64,000 nt of DNA, taken from contig MU054187.1 in assembly GCA_013239625.1 (NCBI GenBank), forward strand, positions 23,064,795 through 23,128,794, read 5' to 3'. The DNA is from Lama guanicoe. Taxonomy: Eukaryota. Made by a program: the position numbers and the translations under genes. Of the stretch, positions 1 through 13,154 are shown in pieces; position 1 is the first letter of the stretch, and every line of letters starts with the position of its first letter. The notes beneath the pieces are model-generated. The model ran no database searches. It saw only the letters and a program-made list of their open reading frames with translations, and was not told the DNA's origin.

Positions 1-475
1 TTGAAGCATAATATGCACATATATTATGCATATGGGAAAAGCATACAGTTCTTAAGCGTGCAGGTCGATGAATTTACGTGAAGTGACAACCACCATGTAG
101 TCGCTACAAGGCTGACAAAGTTCACGTTACAGGACATTGCCAGTACCCCAGGAACCGCCCCCACATCCCTGCTCTCTCCCCAGAGGGAACGATTCATCTA
201 GCCTTCTCATCATAGGCTAGTTTTAGCTCCTCTAGAACACTATGTAAGGTGGAATTCTATAGTATGCATTGTTTCTTTTCCATTGGCTTTCCCTCCTTTA
301 TGTGATGTCTGTCACACCTATCAATGGCATGTGTGTAGCAGTTTTATTTTTTATTGGTGAAGGACAGTGCTTGGTGTAAATATGCTACGACTCCATAGTA
401 TAAATAAATACAATTGATTTTGCCTTTTATGGTCATCTTGTTTTTTCAAGTTTTGGGTTATAAAGAATAATCCTA
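1..475 (-). mobile_element. Old L1M 3' UTR fragment
   Basis: Resembles the antisense of ancient L1MC/ME 3' ends; highly diverged, subfamily uncertain. Confidence 0.55.
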
Positions 476-485
476 TTGATCCTAG

Positions 486-1120
486 TTCTAGGCAAGATGG
501 AGTAAACCAGCTCTTCCCTTTTCTTTCACTGAAGGAAGCTATAAAACCTGGATGGAATGCATAGAGAAGTAAATGAGTGTTCTAAAAAGTACACAGTGGC
601 AAGTTCATTGGGGAAGAAGTATCAAAGTAACAAAAACTGGCAGTGAATTGACCATGTATTTTCCCTTGTTGCCTGAGCTTGTGGGTGAGGACAGCCTCAG
701 AAGTCCAAGGCAAAATGAGTTAACTCATGCCCTCGTTTTATGGCCAGGGAAATGAAAAGGAGGACCATAGAGAATTAAGAAGTATCAGGGAGGAAAAATG
801 AGGTGAAGGCATTGACAAAAATGAATTTTTTAATTCGTTTTAAAAAATTTTGAGCTCACACCTGAGCTACATGTGCATAGATCTGTTCCTAATCAGCCTT
901 AAAAAAAGACTGAGAACAAAGTCAGTAGATAGACCAGCACCCAGGCTGGTCACAGGTGGCACACATTGGGGACAGATAGGAAGAGCACTTCAAAATCTTT
1001 GGAAACTTAACTGATAGTTTCCCAGCCCATGAAAGGTGTACTGCAACTTGTAACCTGAACTTAACCAGGTCTATCGTCTACTTAAATAAACATAGGCTCA
1101 TTCTCATCAATATTTAAATA
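486..1120 (+). mobile_element. Old L1 5' region fragment
   Basis: Begins 'ttctaggcaagatggagtaaacc', typical of ancient L1M 5' ends. Confidence 0.45.
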
Positions 1121-1149
1121 AGACACACCCACACACATACATAATATAA

Positions 1150-2490
1150 TATCTATTTGTCTGTCTTATTTTGAACATAATCATACTATCTGTGGATAAT
1201 GACAGACTTATTTAACCTTTATATTTCTTACATTATATTTACATTTTCTTGACATTACACTGGCTAACACGTCTAGTATAATATTTAATAAAAGTTGTGA
1301 TGGAACAATTTCAGTATTGCACCATATGAACTGCATGTTTATATGCATATACTCTTTGTCAGATCAAGGAAATCCCCTACAATTCTGTTCATGATTGAAA
1401 GATTCAAAATTGTTAACTTGGCAGTCGTTACCAATTTGATCTATGGTTAAACACAATTACATTACAAATCCCACCATGTGTTTCTCTAGAAATTGACAAG
1501 TTGATTATAAAATTTATGTGGAAATTTTAAGTACACAGAATAGGCAAAATAATTTGGAAATACATAAAAACACTTCAAATAGATAAGCACAATTTAGAAA
1601 CAGATGAACGACATTTAAAAACATACTAGAGAGCTACACTGACCAAGTGATATTGGTGTATGATTCAATGGAAGAGAACATACAGTACAGAAGTAGACCC
1701 ATGCACCTGTGCATATATGGTCAACAAAGCTTTGCCAAGGCATTTTAAGAAGGAAACGAAAGTCTTTTCAGCTTTCTGTGATGGAAACATTGGATATAAA
1801 TATGAAAAACACAAGCCTCACCCCATCTCATTTATACAGTTTAACTAAAGAATGTCAAAACTACAAATTTCAGGAGAAAACTTTTCAACTTTGGAGTAGA
1901 CAAAGATTTATTAGACAGAAGACAGAAAACATGAACCAAATAAAGAAAAAAGTGGTAAGCTGAATTAAAAATTTAAAACTTCTGCTCTTCTAAAATTATG
2001 TAGTGTTGATCATTGTACAACTTTGATAATATATGAAAAATCACTAAACTGTATACTTTAAAAGCATAAATTGTATGGTAAGCAAGTTATATCTCAGTAA
2101 ATCTGTTATTAAAAGACATGGTTAATTAAATGAAAAAAATAAACCATATATTAGGACATATTTGCAAAATACATATCTGATAAATAACATTTATCCAGAA
2201 TATAAAAACATCTCTTACAAAGAGGGAGAAAAGAAAGAAAAACTAATTAATATATTGTCAAAGTTTCAAATACACAAAACAAGATATACTAATAGCCCAA
2301 AGCACATAAAATTAGTCTTCAAAATAATAAATAATAAAACTATAATGAAATATCATTCTTCAGGTAATAAATTTGAAAGACCGACATTACTAAGAGTTGG
2401 CTAGGATGTGAAACTACTGGAAATCTAATGTGTTGTTGGTGGAAATGAGTTATGATACAAACCTCTTCAAAAAACACTTTGGCAAAATTA
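1150..2490 (+). mobile_element. Degenerate L1 ORF2 with inverted 5' piece (about 1150-1385 on -, 1387-2490 on +)
   Basis: The - piece resembles the RT LSLFADDMI region; the + piece resembles the CSWIGRLNIV...KWIKDL region; a short L1 3' end lies at about 2000-2115. Confidence 0.65.
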
Positions 2491-2959
2491 CAGAGACTCT
2501 GAATGATGTCATTTTCCTCCAGAAAATTGACTTTGTTTTTCTAGATAGCAGAAAGGGTATGAGGAGGTCACCTCGATTTAATTAAGACTGGTCTTATTTC
2601 AGTCCTTGGGATTCTAACAACAGCATCTTCTCCTTCCTGGACCTGCCCATTCTACAAATAGGTCTAAAATTGTTCCCAACATGAGGGATAAGATTATTAA
2701 AGTTACAGTCCTTTCTTTCAAGGGACTGAGAACTACAGACAGACTTGAACATAACTGATGTTAATAACTGTAACATAACAGCCAAATTGGTTAGTTTTAT
2801 GGCAGCAGGGGAGGCCAGGAGCCACTTACATACTTATGCTTTAAGTCTTCTACACTTTAGGTTCTGAAATTTAAAAAATATGTATGTGTGTACATAAAAA
2901 ATGTGTGTACAAAAAATATGTATGTGTGTAGATAAATATATATATTTATCTTCTCAAAC

Positions 2960-3270
2960 TCTTGCAGCTGGGGCGATCATGTAGCCCAGTTCCAGCCAAT
3001 GAAATATTTATAGGAGTTTTCTGCAGACAGCTTGACTTCTAAAGAAACAGGCAATATCTCCTAGCAGAATTTTTTTGACCTTTCCCCCCATTCTAGCCTA
3101 AAACACAGGTTTAGAGAACACAAGTGGTCAGATTTTTAAGCTGCATGCAAACACATGTTGCAGCAAGATGTTTCCTTGACTACATGTGTAATTAACAGGC
3201 TGCCTACCCACAGGTTGCATGTATCATTAATCAGATCAACCTCTGACTTCTTTAAGCCATGGTGGTAGGG
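2960..3270 (+). mobile_element. MLT1-type MaLR LTR remnant
   Basis: MLT1-like motif 'cttgcagctgggg...gcccagttccagccaatgaaat'. Confidence 0.45.
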
Positions 3271-3669
3271 TTATTAGCATGTACTCTTACCACCAACAAT
3301 GGACAAGAGAAAAGAACAGCTACTTTTGTAGGTAGAAATTACAGAGAAATGTAGATGACGTGGTTCTACAGGGAAAATATAGCATTTTATCTACACACTG
3401 AAAAATGGATAGATTTTTCTTCAGATGTAGATGTTAGGAAGTGGTGAGATGATCTGGAAGTTAAGCAACACGTGAATCATTTAGTAAGGGAAACACAAGA
3501 CTGAAATGGAGAGAATACTATGCTCATTCATGGTAGAGAAGTCTGAGAAGAAATTTGGAGCCTTATTTTGCAAATGCCTTCATTTTTATATAGCCATATC
3601 TTCTCCTATGGTCACTATGATTCCATTGAAATTTTTAAGCAGGAAGGTCTCTTGGGGTTCCTGAACCCA

Positions 3670-3795
3670 GTTACAAAGTGTTTGTGTGTGTGTGTGTGTA
3701 TGTCTGTGTGTGTGTGTCTGTGTGTGTGTGTGTCTGTGTTTGTGTATGTCTGTGTGTGTGTCTGTATGTGTGTGTGTGTGTGTCTGTGTGTGTGT

Positions 3796-3833
<38 letters not shown>

Positions 3834-4690
3834 GCTTCTCCACTCCAACAGTGATTCTGAGAAGCCAGCAGGTGTCAAAAAAGTCAACTCGATTCTGACA
3901 CAATCTACCCTGAGACAGCATTTGATTCTGTAGATAAAGGGTCCAGTTCCACAAGATCACCATGTACTTCAGGTCAATCGCAAGTCCCGTGCTTCTGATC
4001 AGCTGCTATAAATCACAAATTCCCATGACCACACCCTTGGGTTAGGAAACCTATTACTCATTAGATTACTGATTTAGTACAAAGGATGCTAGAGGATAAT
4101 AACAGTCAGACAAAAAGATAATAGGGTGAGGTCCTGAACAAAGGAGCTTCCATCCTTGTGAAGCTTGTCCCAGCACCTAGATCTTGTTCCCCAACCTGGA
4201 AGCTCTCCAGATCCCCTCCCTTTGGATTTTTAGGAGAGTTGTATTACATAGGCATAAATGTGTAACTCATTGGACAGTGGTGATTGAATCAATCTTTAAA
4301 CCCTCTCCCCTCCCAGAAAATCAGGGGTGGGACTCAAATTTCTAACCCTCTATTCGTGGTTCCCCTGGCAACCGGCCCCTCTCTGTGGGTGCTTTCCAAA
4401 AGTCCCGTTCATTAACATAAACCTGGTAGTGGCGGAAAGGCACTTCTTATGAATAAGACCAATTTCACCTTTGTGGCTCAGAAAAGTTTTCAGGAACTGA
4501 AGATAAGAGACCAAGTATTGTAACAGAATATTCTCTCATTCTTCTTATCACTTAGGAAATTCCAAGTGTTTTGTGAGTTGTGGCTGAAGAACAAATTATG
4601 AGCTGTGGATAAAAATCAAATATATATTAGAAACATATTTTGGTATCTGAATGACTATATATGTATATATATATAAAATACATAATGATA
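3670..4690 (-). mobile_element. MER21-like LTR containing a (TG)n tract
   Basis: MER21-like motifs ('aactcgattctgacacaatctaccctgagacagc', 'cacttaggaaattccaag'). Confidence 0.6.
3683..3831. repeat. Interrupted (TG)n microsatellite
   Basis: About 150 bp of TG with TC/TA interruptions, directly visible. Confidence 0.97.
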
Positions 4691-4787
4691 ATGCAGAATG
4701 TATACAGTGAATGCTTGATAAAAACTGCTTATGTGGGAAATAGCTTGGGGGTATGATTATTGGAAGGGTTTGATGCAGGTTACCTAC

Positions 4788-4932
4788 CCCAGGTATACTT
4801 AGTTCTGTGACTCCCATACAAATACATTGAAATGATGTAACATCACGTAATTTTTGGTCATGTAATTCAATCTCTAAATTTCCATATGACAGTGGCTTTT
4901 GATTTTTTGGAGGGATACCTGTATCTACATAT
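4788..4932 (-). pseudogene. Candidate exon of decayed - strand RGS-like gene: (R)YVDTGIPPKNQKPLSYGNLEIELHDQKLRDVTSFQCICMGVTELSIPG
   Basis: Pyrimidine tract + tag acceptor, GGG/gtaggt donor, open frame; an alternative acceptor at 4924 keeps the same frame. Confidence 0.5.
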
Positions 4933-5293
4933 CTACATACAGTTACAAAGGGTAAAATCGACAAGAGTGTGCTCCTGTTAAGAGTCCCAAGGCATCTAGT
5001 TTGTTGAATATTTTTTTCTTGACCTGGCAAAGCTTCAGTTCATTGAACTTCTGGGTGCAAAAGCAAGAGACATCTGTTCAGTTGAGCTTTCTGTTAACTG
5101 ATATGTTAATTAAAAATGACTTTTAGCTTTTAGCATTTTGCTTATTTTTCATAATACATGTGCCCTGTGGCATTTCACAATGGGTGTTGTCTTTTAAAAA
5201 AAAATCTCAAATACAAATAAACAAAGCAAGCTATTCATTATTGCTTCTGGACTTAACATTGTATATGATGTAACTCTAAGTGCTTTCTTTCAC

Positions 5294-5389
5294 CTTTCTC
5301 TGGCCAGAATATTCTGGGATTGCCTCCAGGATAAAGATCAGCTCAGTGGGATTCATGCATCTGTCACATCTGGACTCTCTCAATGTAGC
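5294..5389 (-). pseudogene. Candidate exon: ATLRESRCDRCMNPTELIFILEAIPEYSGQRK
   Basis: 96 nt, phase 0-0, ctag acceptor, AAG/gtgaaa donor, open frame. Confidence 0.4.
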
Positions 5390-5773
5390 CTAGTCAGCGT
5401 GCATGGAGAGGGGGTAAAGGCTTCAGTTTTCAGAAAGTACAGCAGTCTGTTTGTATTTTGCAGCCAAAAGCACAAGCTTATTATCAAACTGCCTACTTTC
5501 GAATGCAGGGTTCTGATACATTATTTTTATTATTCACACTAACACCAGTCACAAAATAATCAAGACAAATTCACAGTAAGCTAGAAACCTTTCAGCATCT
5601 CTATGGAATGCAGGAGAAAAAAGACCTCCAGTTCTTCTTTTGGCATTCTAACTTTTAAATGGATATATAGCTTGTGAGAAGAGATAGTAAATCCATAAAT
5701 TAAAATATAATTGTAGAGGAACAACAGCAACAACAAAACAAAACCAGTGAACCTGCCTGAATATGTGCATAAC

Positions 5774-5830
5774 CTGCTGGATTTTCCTGTTTTCTTCCAT
5801 CTAGCCTCTAGCAGAGATGATTATCCATTT
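5774..5830 (-). pseudogene. Candidate exon: KWIIISARG*MEENRKIQQ
   Basis: 57 nt, phase 0-0, ttttcag acceptor, CAG/gttatg donor, one in-frame TAG. Confidence 0.35.
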
Positions 5831-6295
5831 CTGAAAATGCTGAAGGTTAGTGGAAGGAGGAATTGAGCTTAAATAGTATATTAGACAATATTATTAAAAT
5901 GAAGATTGATAATATTTTACAGACATACATACATAGTTGCAAATGTAGATGTAGAGATATACGGTAGTTTCTAACAGGGTTACACTTTTATATTTCAGGA
6001 TTAAACATAGTACTTAATATTTCAACATGGACACATATATACTAGATCCACCTGCTGATAAATATTTGTAGGTAGTAATGTACACCAAGCTGAAAGATCA
6101 TGAAATTTAACATTATCAGAAGATCCAAAATGATGTGTTTAACATATGATTGTTATAATTCTAACCATCAAAACAAAGCTAATCTGAATTTGCTGATTCA
6201 TTTACATTCTTATGATAGCAAAAGTACCTTACTGATTTACAAAAATAACTTGTTATAAAGGTAAAACAAATGAGATTTTAATGTTCTAAATTATT

Positions 6296-9200
6296 ATTAT
6301 TTTTAAAATATTTTAATATGTATTTTTTTGAAGTATAGTCAATTTACAGTGTCGTGTCAATTTCTGGTGTACAGTGTCATGCTTCAGTCATACATGAACG
6401 TATATATATTCATTTTCATGTTCTTTTTCACCATAAGTTACTACAAGATATTGAATATAGTTCCCTGTGCTATACAGTATGAACTTATTGTTTATCTATA
6501 GTAGACAGTATCTTGAAATCTCAAACTCCCAATTTATCCCTTTCCCCCTGTTTCCACATGTAAGTGATATCATATGGTATTTTTCTGGTTTGATAGTCTT
6601 CTTTTTATTAGCTTGGTTTCTTTTTGGTTTTCATGACTCTATTTTATGCTTTTGATTTGTGGCTACCCTGTTTTTCAAGTATGTTAACCCCTTACTACAT
6701 CTGTTTGCTTTAGACTGGTAGTCGTGTAGGCTCAAACACATCCTAGAAAGAATGAAGAAAAAAAAGGAAACGAAAAGAGAAAGAGAGAGAGAGACGAAAA
6801 AAAATCTTTATTTTCTTGCTCCCATCTCCCACCTCTTCTGATTTTGGTGTCTTTGTTTTTTCCACATATTCATGTTTATTCTCCTGCAACTCATTGTAGT
6901 TATTGCATTTCCGATTATGCTTTTCTTGCTTCTATAGCTTCCTGCTTCTTTTCTATTTAGAGTAGACTTTCAGTATTCCTTTTAGGATAGGTTTAGTATT
7001 GCTGAATTCTTTTAATTTTTGCTTGTCTGTGAAATTTTTTATCTCTCCTTCTACTTTAAAGGATAGTCGTGCCAGATAGAGTATCCTAGGCTGCATCTTT
7101 TTCTCATCCAGGACTTTGAATATATCCTGCCACTCCCTTCTGGGCAGCAGTGTTTGTGTAGAGAAATCAGCTGAGAGCCTTATGGGGGTTCCCTTGTAAC
7201 TAACTCTTTGTTTTTCTCTTGCTCCTTTTGGAATCATCCCTTTATCTTTCACTTCGGCCCTCTTAAGTATAATATGTCTTGGTGTAAATCTGGGTTCTTC
7301 TTGTTTGGGGACCCTATGTGCTTCCGGTACTTGGGTATCTGTTTCCTTCTTTAGGTTTGGGAAGTTTTCAGTTATGATTTCTTCAAATACCTTTTCAATC
7401 CCTCTTTCTCTTTCTTCTTTTTCTGGGACCCCCATTATGCACAGGTTGGCACCCTTTATATTATCCCATAGGTCCCTTATATTTCTGTCACTGGTTTTTA
7501 CTTGCTTTTCTGTCTGCTGTTCTGATTCAGTGATGTCTGTTATCCTGTTTTCTCAGCCACTTATTCGTTCCTCTGCATTGTCTGGTTTGCTTTTGACTGC
7601 CTTTAGCTCAGCTCTTATCTCAGCCACTGAGTTTTCTGCTTTTAATTGCCTCCTTTGTATAGTTTCTATTTCTTTTTCATAGTATTCTCTTTCTCTATTC
7701 TTAGTTCTTATTTCCTTCAGTGCTTTATTCACCCTTTTTTGAAGTCATGATCTAGTAGACTGTCGAGGTCTATCTCATTGATCATTCTTTCAGGGGATTT
7801 CTCTTGTTCTTTTAATTAGGTGTGGTTCCCCTGCTTCTTCACTTTACTTATATTTCTCTGGCTCTGTGGATTTAGGAGTATCAGTTATCTACTGTGGTCT
7901 TGAAGGGCTGTTTTATTTTTTGTTTATTTGTTTTTATTTAAAATGGGAGCATTCCTGTGTAGACTATGTGCATCTAATAGTTTTGCTACAATGGGTCTTC
8001 TTAGTATGGATGGTCACTGCGTCCTTCTTCCATGAGTGTTGGCTGTTACCCTTTGACTGGGGGTCTGGTTGGTGCTGTGATCAGAGCCTGCCCTGCTTGC
8101 TGCTGTAGAGCGGGGCCTCCTGTTTAGTTCTGTGGTTGTCACAGCCCCAACAGGGGCCGGGTCTGCTCCCCTGTTGCTGGAATAGAGGCTTTTAGACCCG
8201 TTTCTGAGCTGTGGTGTGCGGTAGGCAGGGTTAGAGCACTTCAGCTGGGAAGGTGTGTCACTGAGTGAACCTCCACAGGAGATGTCCTCTGGGAAGTGCC
8301 CTCTGTGGTGTCGACTGTACTTGCGATGGTGCTGGCTTACAGAGTACTCTCTGTTGACACTGTCTTTGTCCCTGCCCTAGTTGCGGGAATGTCAGCCACC
8401 TGCTCTGGTGTCCCCCAGGTTCTGGGCCCCAGGAACCACCAGTGCAGATCCGCCAATGTCAAGCACTGGGGCCGGCCGTGGTGAGCGTGCAGTCATACAC
8501 CTGAATCCATGGTGCACCGCAGGATCAGCGCAGATCCCAGCCCCTCCTCCACATACATTGTGGTGTACAGTAAATACCCGTATTCTCCCCCACCGTGCGC
8601 CACCACTCTGCTCCCTGCCTGTTGGTCCTAGAGGCGTAGGTCCACAAAGGGTCCAGAGAGAGCAATCCATCCTCTGTGCCTGGGGCTGTAAACAAATCTC
8701 AGTCCTGCCTGTGAAGTTGCAGGGCCACTGGGTGTGGATTCTGCTTTCAGCCCTGCTTCTGTGCAACACTGATGGCTAAGATGGAGCCCCACCTCTCTTC
8801 TTGTGAGAACACACTAACAATAGAACCAAGCAGAGAAAGTAGCTATGGCACAGCTGTGTTGCACCCGTCCCCACCAAGCACACCAGCTTTTTTATGGGGT
8901 CCCAGGCTGTTCTGTTCTGCACACACCCCCAGCCAGAGTTCACACTGCCCTGCAGGCCCCTGAGGCTGCCTCTGTGCAGTGGGCACCAGCTGTCTGCCTG
9001 GGCTCCTCATCCATCTCCACCAGCCAGTCCAGGCTTGTCCCTGCTGGATTATGTCTAGGGGTGGGGATTGCAGGAACCCTCTGTGCCAGTTTCTCTTAGT
9101 TCTGGCTGCCAAGTGGCTTCCATTTTCTCTTCTGAGCCTTGGAAGCTCCACTTCTGTCCCCACTGACCTTCTGGCTGGAGAGGGGGCATCCCAGTGTGAG

Positions 9201-9430
9201 GGTGCCTTTCTTCCTTTGCCATTCCCTCCCCTCAGGACCAGTCCCACATTGATTTTTTTCTTTTTTCTTTCTTTTTTTTTCTTACTAGATTTTGTAAGAA
9301 TCCTGTATTTCAAAGTGAGAGACACTCTGCCAGAGTTCAGTAGGTGTTCTGTGTGATTCAGTGGGTAGGTAGATGTAATTCTTGGTGTATTTGTGGGGAG
9401 GATGAGCTGTGAGTCTCTCTATTCCTCCTA
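6296..9430 (-). mobile_element. L1 derivative: 5' UTR + ORF1 + 3' UTR with almost all of ORF2 missing (HAL1-like)
   Basis: GC-rich 5' UTR about 7870-9430, ORF1 homology, inter-ORF region joined to the last ORF2 codons (EKYHMISLTCG, about 6555-6587) and 3' UTR; 12-bp TSD TTCTAAATTATT at 6284-6295 and 9431-9442. Confidence 0.85.
6953..7435 (-). pseudogene. L1 ORF1p C-terminal part (RRM + CTD)
   Basis: GVPE..ENFPNL..TPRHII..YKGTPIRLSADFS..QPRILY.ARLSF are canonical ORF1p motifs; the N-terminal part is interrupted. Confidence 0.92.
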
Positions 9431-9834
9431 TTCTAAATTATTTTAAATTGTTCCAAAACATGATAAAAGGATATTTCTAAAAAAATTAAAATTTAGAAAA
9501 GATGAATATAAAGCAAAATCAACACCTTCCTTTCTCATAAATTTTGTGTTACAATGTCAAAAGCAACACTTTCCTAAAAATTTTAGCTGTGTCTTTACAA
9601 AAGTTCCCTAGAACACCTACGTTAAGAAAATCTTAATCCTAGATTTTAGAGAATGAGAGATTTAAAAATACATAATACAATTCCTTTCCTGTAGTGGATT
9701 TTGTAATTTATTTTGGAATAAAGTTACATAATAATGTAATGGAATGAGTGGTGGTAAATTTTCATACACTGATATGTGGTGATTTCCTTGTTCTCCTGCA
9801 TCTGGCAGTGATATCTTGATCATCACCAAAACTT

Positions 9835-10740
9835 CTGGTAACTATACTAAGTGTTTTGTATTTAAATTTCATGACAATGGTAAAGCATATGTAACGTTAT
9901 TATTCTCACTTTACCGATTGGGTACGGAGGCCATGCTTGTCTTTGTGAGTTTAGAGGTGATGCTTTTAACCTCTTCAGATCCATTCTCTGTCCTGTTTTC
10001 ATGGTGATCTATTTAAATAAATAATTTCCGATCATGACACCTTCTGTGCTTTTCATTTTGTCAGTGACTGCCCTTCGTGAGCAAAACCAAATCTAAATTT
10101 CCTAATGTGGTATAAAAATAGATATGGTCCTGCCCATTTCTCCTGTCCCTTACCTCTCTTCACTTTGCACTTTAAAGCCTTGTGTCCTACCCTCCTGGAT
10201 TCTTTGTAGGTTCCAATGTGCCGGCTTGTGTTTCTTGCTCTGGCCAGAATTTCCTTTTTCCTTCAACTTGTGACATAGACTTTTTCTTTGTAATAAACTC
10301 CAGTGTCATCTGCATTAGCAGAACTTTGCTGACCCTTGAAGTCACTGACCACCTTCCCCATTTGCTTCTGTATCATTCTGTGCACACATTTATTGGAATG
10401 TTTTAACTTGTGTATCAATCTCCACTCTTAATCCTGCTATCTTTGTGTATGGAACATAATAGACCAACACAGCAAATATTCATTAAATGAATAAATTAGT
10501 GATTCCCTTTATTTTATAAATTAAAGAACTATTTAAGGAGGGGTGATTTATTCAATAGAAAATAATGACTCTGATAACTAAGGTAATGTTATCTGATTCC
10601 CAATTTAATTCTCTGTTTATTAGAATACTGTGTTACTATTAAAGTCTAATATGGGTTTTGTCTTTCTGGGTTACCCTTGTGTCTCTACCATCTAACATAG
10701 TTTCTAGTAAATAATGATTAAATGAATGACTGAATTGAAA
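9835..10740. mobile_element. MIR and L2 fragments
   Basis: MIR core-like sequence at about 9840-9990; L2-like 3' ends ending in 'aatgaatgaat'-type tails. Confidence 0.5.
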
Positions 10741-11611
10741 TAACAAAATATAAGACAGAAGGAAGAATAAGAAGTGGGAGGAAGATTACTTATTGAAAAC
10801 AAAGGTAATGTCTTCTCCAGTCCTACTAAAATAAATTGCCTGGAACATACCAGGTTTTCAATAATTATTTATTCATATAATTAAATAACCTACAAAGCAT
10901 TTGGGACTTCAGATATCTGGTTATACATATATCCTGGAAAGAACTCTTACATTATTTTTGAATACTTTTAATAATTAATGAAGATAAGAGACAATCTGTT
11001 GTCTTTAATAAGGATTTTATACCGATTTTTCCTCTTCTAAAATATGCACTCTTTGATGCATCAAATAACCCCAACCAAATATGGAGCATTCCTGCACACA
11101 TACCTTTACCAGCTTCTATCCTTCCACAGGTAAATCTGATGTAAAACTGAAAGCTTTTCAGGCTACAAATACTTTTGGACAATTTTATGAATTGCTTATG
11201 AAACTTCAGTTTCCATACTATTAACTTAAAAAGAGACTAAACTATTTCTCTACTAACAAATACAATGATTATTTTGGAAAAATAAAGCATTTCATTGCTT
11301 TGTTAATAATGAGTGAGGTATTTTCCAGAAGCAGAGAACCAAAACGTGTAACAGGAAAACAGACTTCAAGGAGCACGATACAAAGGGATAAAATGTGGCT
11401 GTTAAAAGAAGGGGCATGTTTGGGTCAAAACGTTCTTTCATTCCTCCATCTGCCTAAATATTTAACTTCAACATTGTTTCATGTCTTCTGTCATCTTGAC
11501 ATCTTTGTCCACTAACTTTTAGACATTATATGTGTGTATTTCATGAAAGATGTTTGAGATCCTAGACTGTTAAGCATAAATATTTTCCAAATTTAGAATC
11601 ACTGTGCTTAC

Positions 11612-11759
11612 AGATAGCTAGAATTATAAGGTCAAAAATTTAGGAGATGGAGAGCTTGGCTTGCAGGGTTCTTGGAAAAGTTTCTTGGAGACGATAAAAT
11701 TTAAAGATAAGCCTTGAATGATAGCCCAGAATTGGAAATGAATCAGGCAACATTGATAG
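11612..11759 (-). pseudogene. Candidate exon with stops: (A)INVA*FISNSGLSFKAYL*ILSSPRNFSKNPASQALHLLNF*PYNSSY
   Basis: Strong acceptor tttttttgcag, donor gtaagc; starts in phase 1, matching the exon at 12314-12364. Confidence 0.45.
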
Positions 11760-12313
11760 CTGCAAAAAAATAATAATAACAATGAAGTAAAGAAGAAATG
11801 CAATTTCATCCATTTATATAAGGATTCAGATTGCTGTAGGTTGTGTACATTTTGTTTTCTTTAATTATGTAGTGAGGCATAAGTAACACTTTCAAGCCCT
11901 CTTTTGTCATAATCAGACATTATAAAAAATGCAAAGTAAATTATAACAAATAATTTCCCTACAGGTCTAAGAATGATAATAAAACTAGAAAATCTGTGAT
12001 TACCACAGATATTAACTTTTTTTTTCTAAACCACCCATGTGCTTGTTTCATTGTTAATGATAAGCTAAATAATATCAAATACTCATGCAAGATATTGCTG
12101 CATTCATTTTAAAAAGAAAAAAATAGCATTCAGCAGAGGTTCCGTTTTCAAAAGATACTAGAAATGTATTTTTGATGAACACAAAAGCCCACCTAGTCTA
12201 CATGTCATATTTTATAAATGGAGATGTTGCTATAAATGTTAAAATGGTATTTTTACATTTAAAAATTTAATTTATAGTTTATTTAGAATTATCAAAGTGT
12301 AACCAGAGCATAC

Positions 12314-12364
12314 CTGTTAGTGAAGTGACTGTTCTAGTCCAAGCAATACACTCATGTTTCAATT
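12314..12364 (-). pseudogene. Candidate exon: (E)LKHECIAWTRTVTSLT
   Basis: 51 nt, acceptor tttttttgccgtacag, donor CAG/gtatgc; only one frame is open (phase 1-1). Confidence 0.55.
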
Positions 12365-13154
12365 CTGTACGGCAAAAAAATTAAAAGACCCATTATTCTA
12401 ATGATGCATTTTCTCATGAGAATTAGCTTTTGGTTGGTTTGATTTCCTGTCTTGACACAAGAAAATCACATTAATCTTTCTCAAAATCCTCTTGGTGCCC
12501 TTATGAGTAATTTATTTGACAGCGTATCTTTATAGACCGTGTCCTTGTTATCAAAATTTCAAATTGCATATTCTCAGTGTCTGTCAATGATCACCTGTAA
12601 GGTAGAGAGTGTGATTGGAGGAAGTGAGAAGACAGCACTTTTCGTTTTTATTTCATATACTTTTATGCTTTTTAAATGATTACAGTAGGTGCATTTATAC
12701 TTTTATTTCAGTAAATACAGAAGAAAATACATATCTGACAACACTGTTTAACATCATTTAATCAAGTCCATTAAAATACCTTATTATTAAAAAAATTGGG
12801 TTTTAAAATAATTTTGTGTTGAAAAATGTCTTCCTTATACATTCTCTTTAATACTTTTGACTAGAGATACCAGTTTCCTTTCTCAAAATCTTGACTCATA
12901 TATTTCAAGAATGAAATATACAGAGGATAACGAAAGTAAAAACTAAGGTCTTTTTTTGTCCTCTAATATTTCCTCTTGTTAACAAAAAAATAAAACAAAA
13001 TATTCCTACTGGAAATCTATACACAGAAATAACAATAAACATTCAATGATCCAGATACATGGTTTCATTTCCCGATACAAATGAATTTGTAAGTTCAGAT
13101 ATAACCTGAATAAAACATGTGTATTGCTGTTTTATATTCCATATCACCTAAAGT

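Noticed and set aside
3568..3963. CV/HT-rich ORFs
   Set aside because: Translations of the (TG)n microsatellite.
4788..4932. Ubiquitin-like domain from 'TGIPPKNQK'
   Set aside because: Only a short motif matches; the rest of the fold and the C-terminal signature are absent.
7866..9356. Cluster of 60-160 aa ORFs as novel genes
   Set aside because: They lie in the GC-rich L1 5' UTR, where stop codons are rare by composition.
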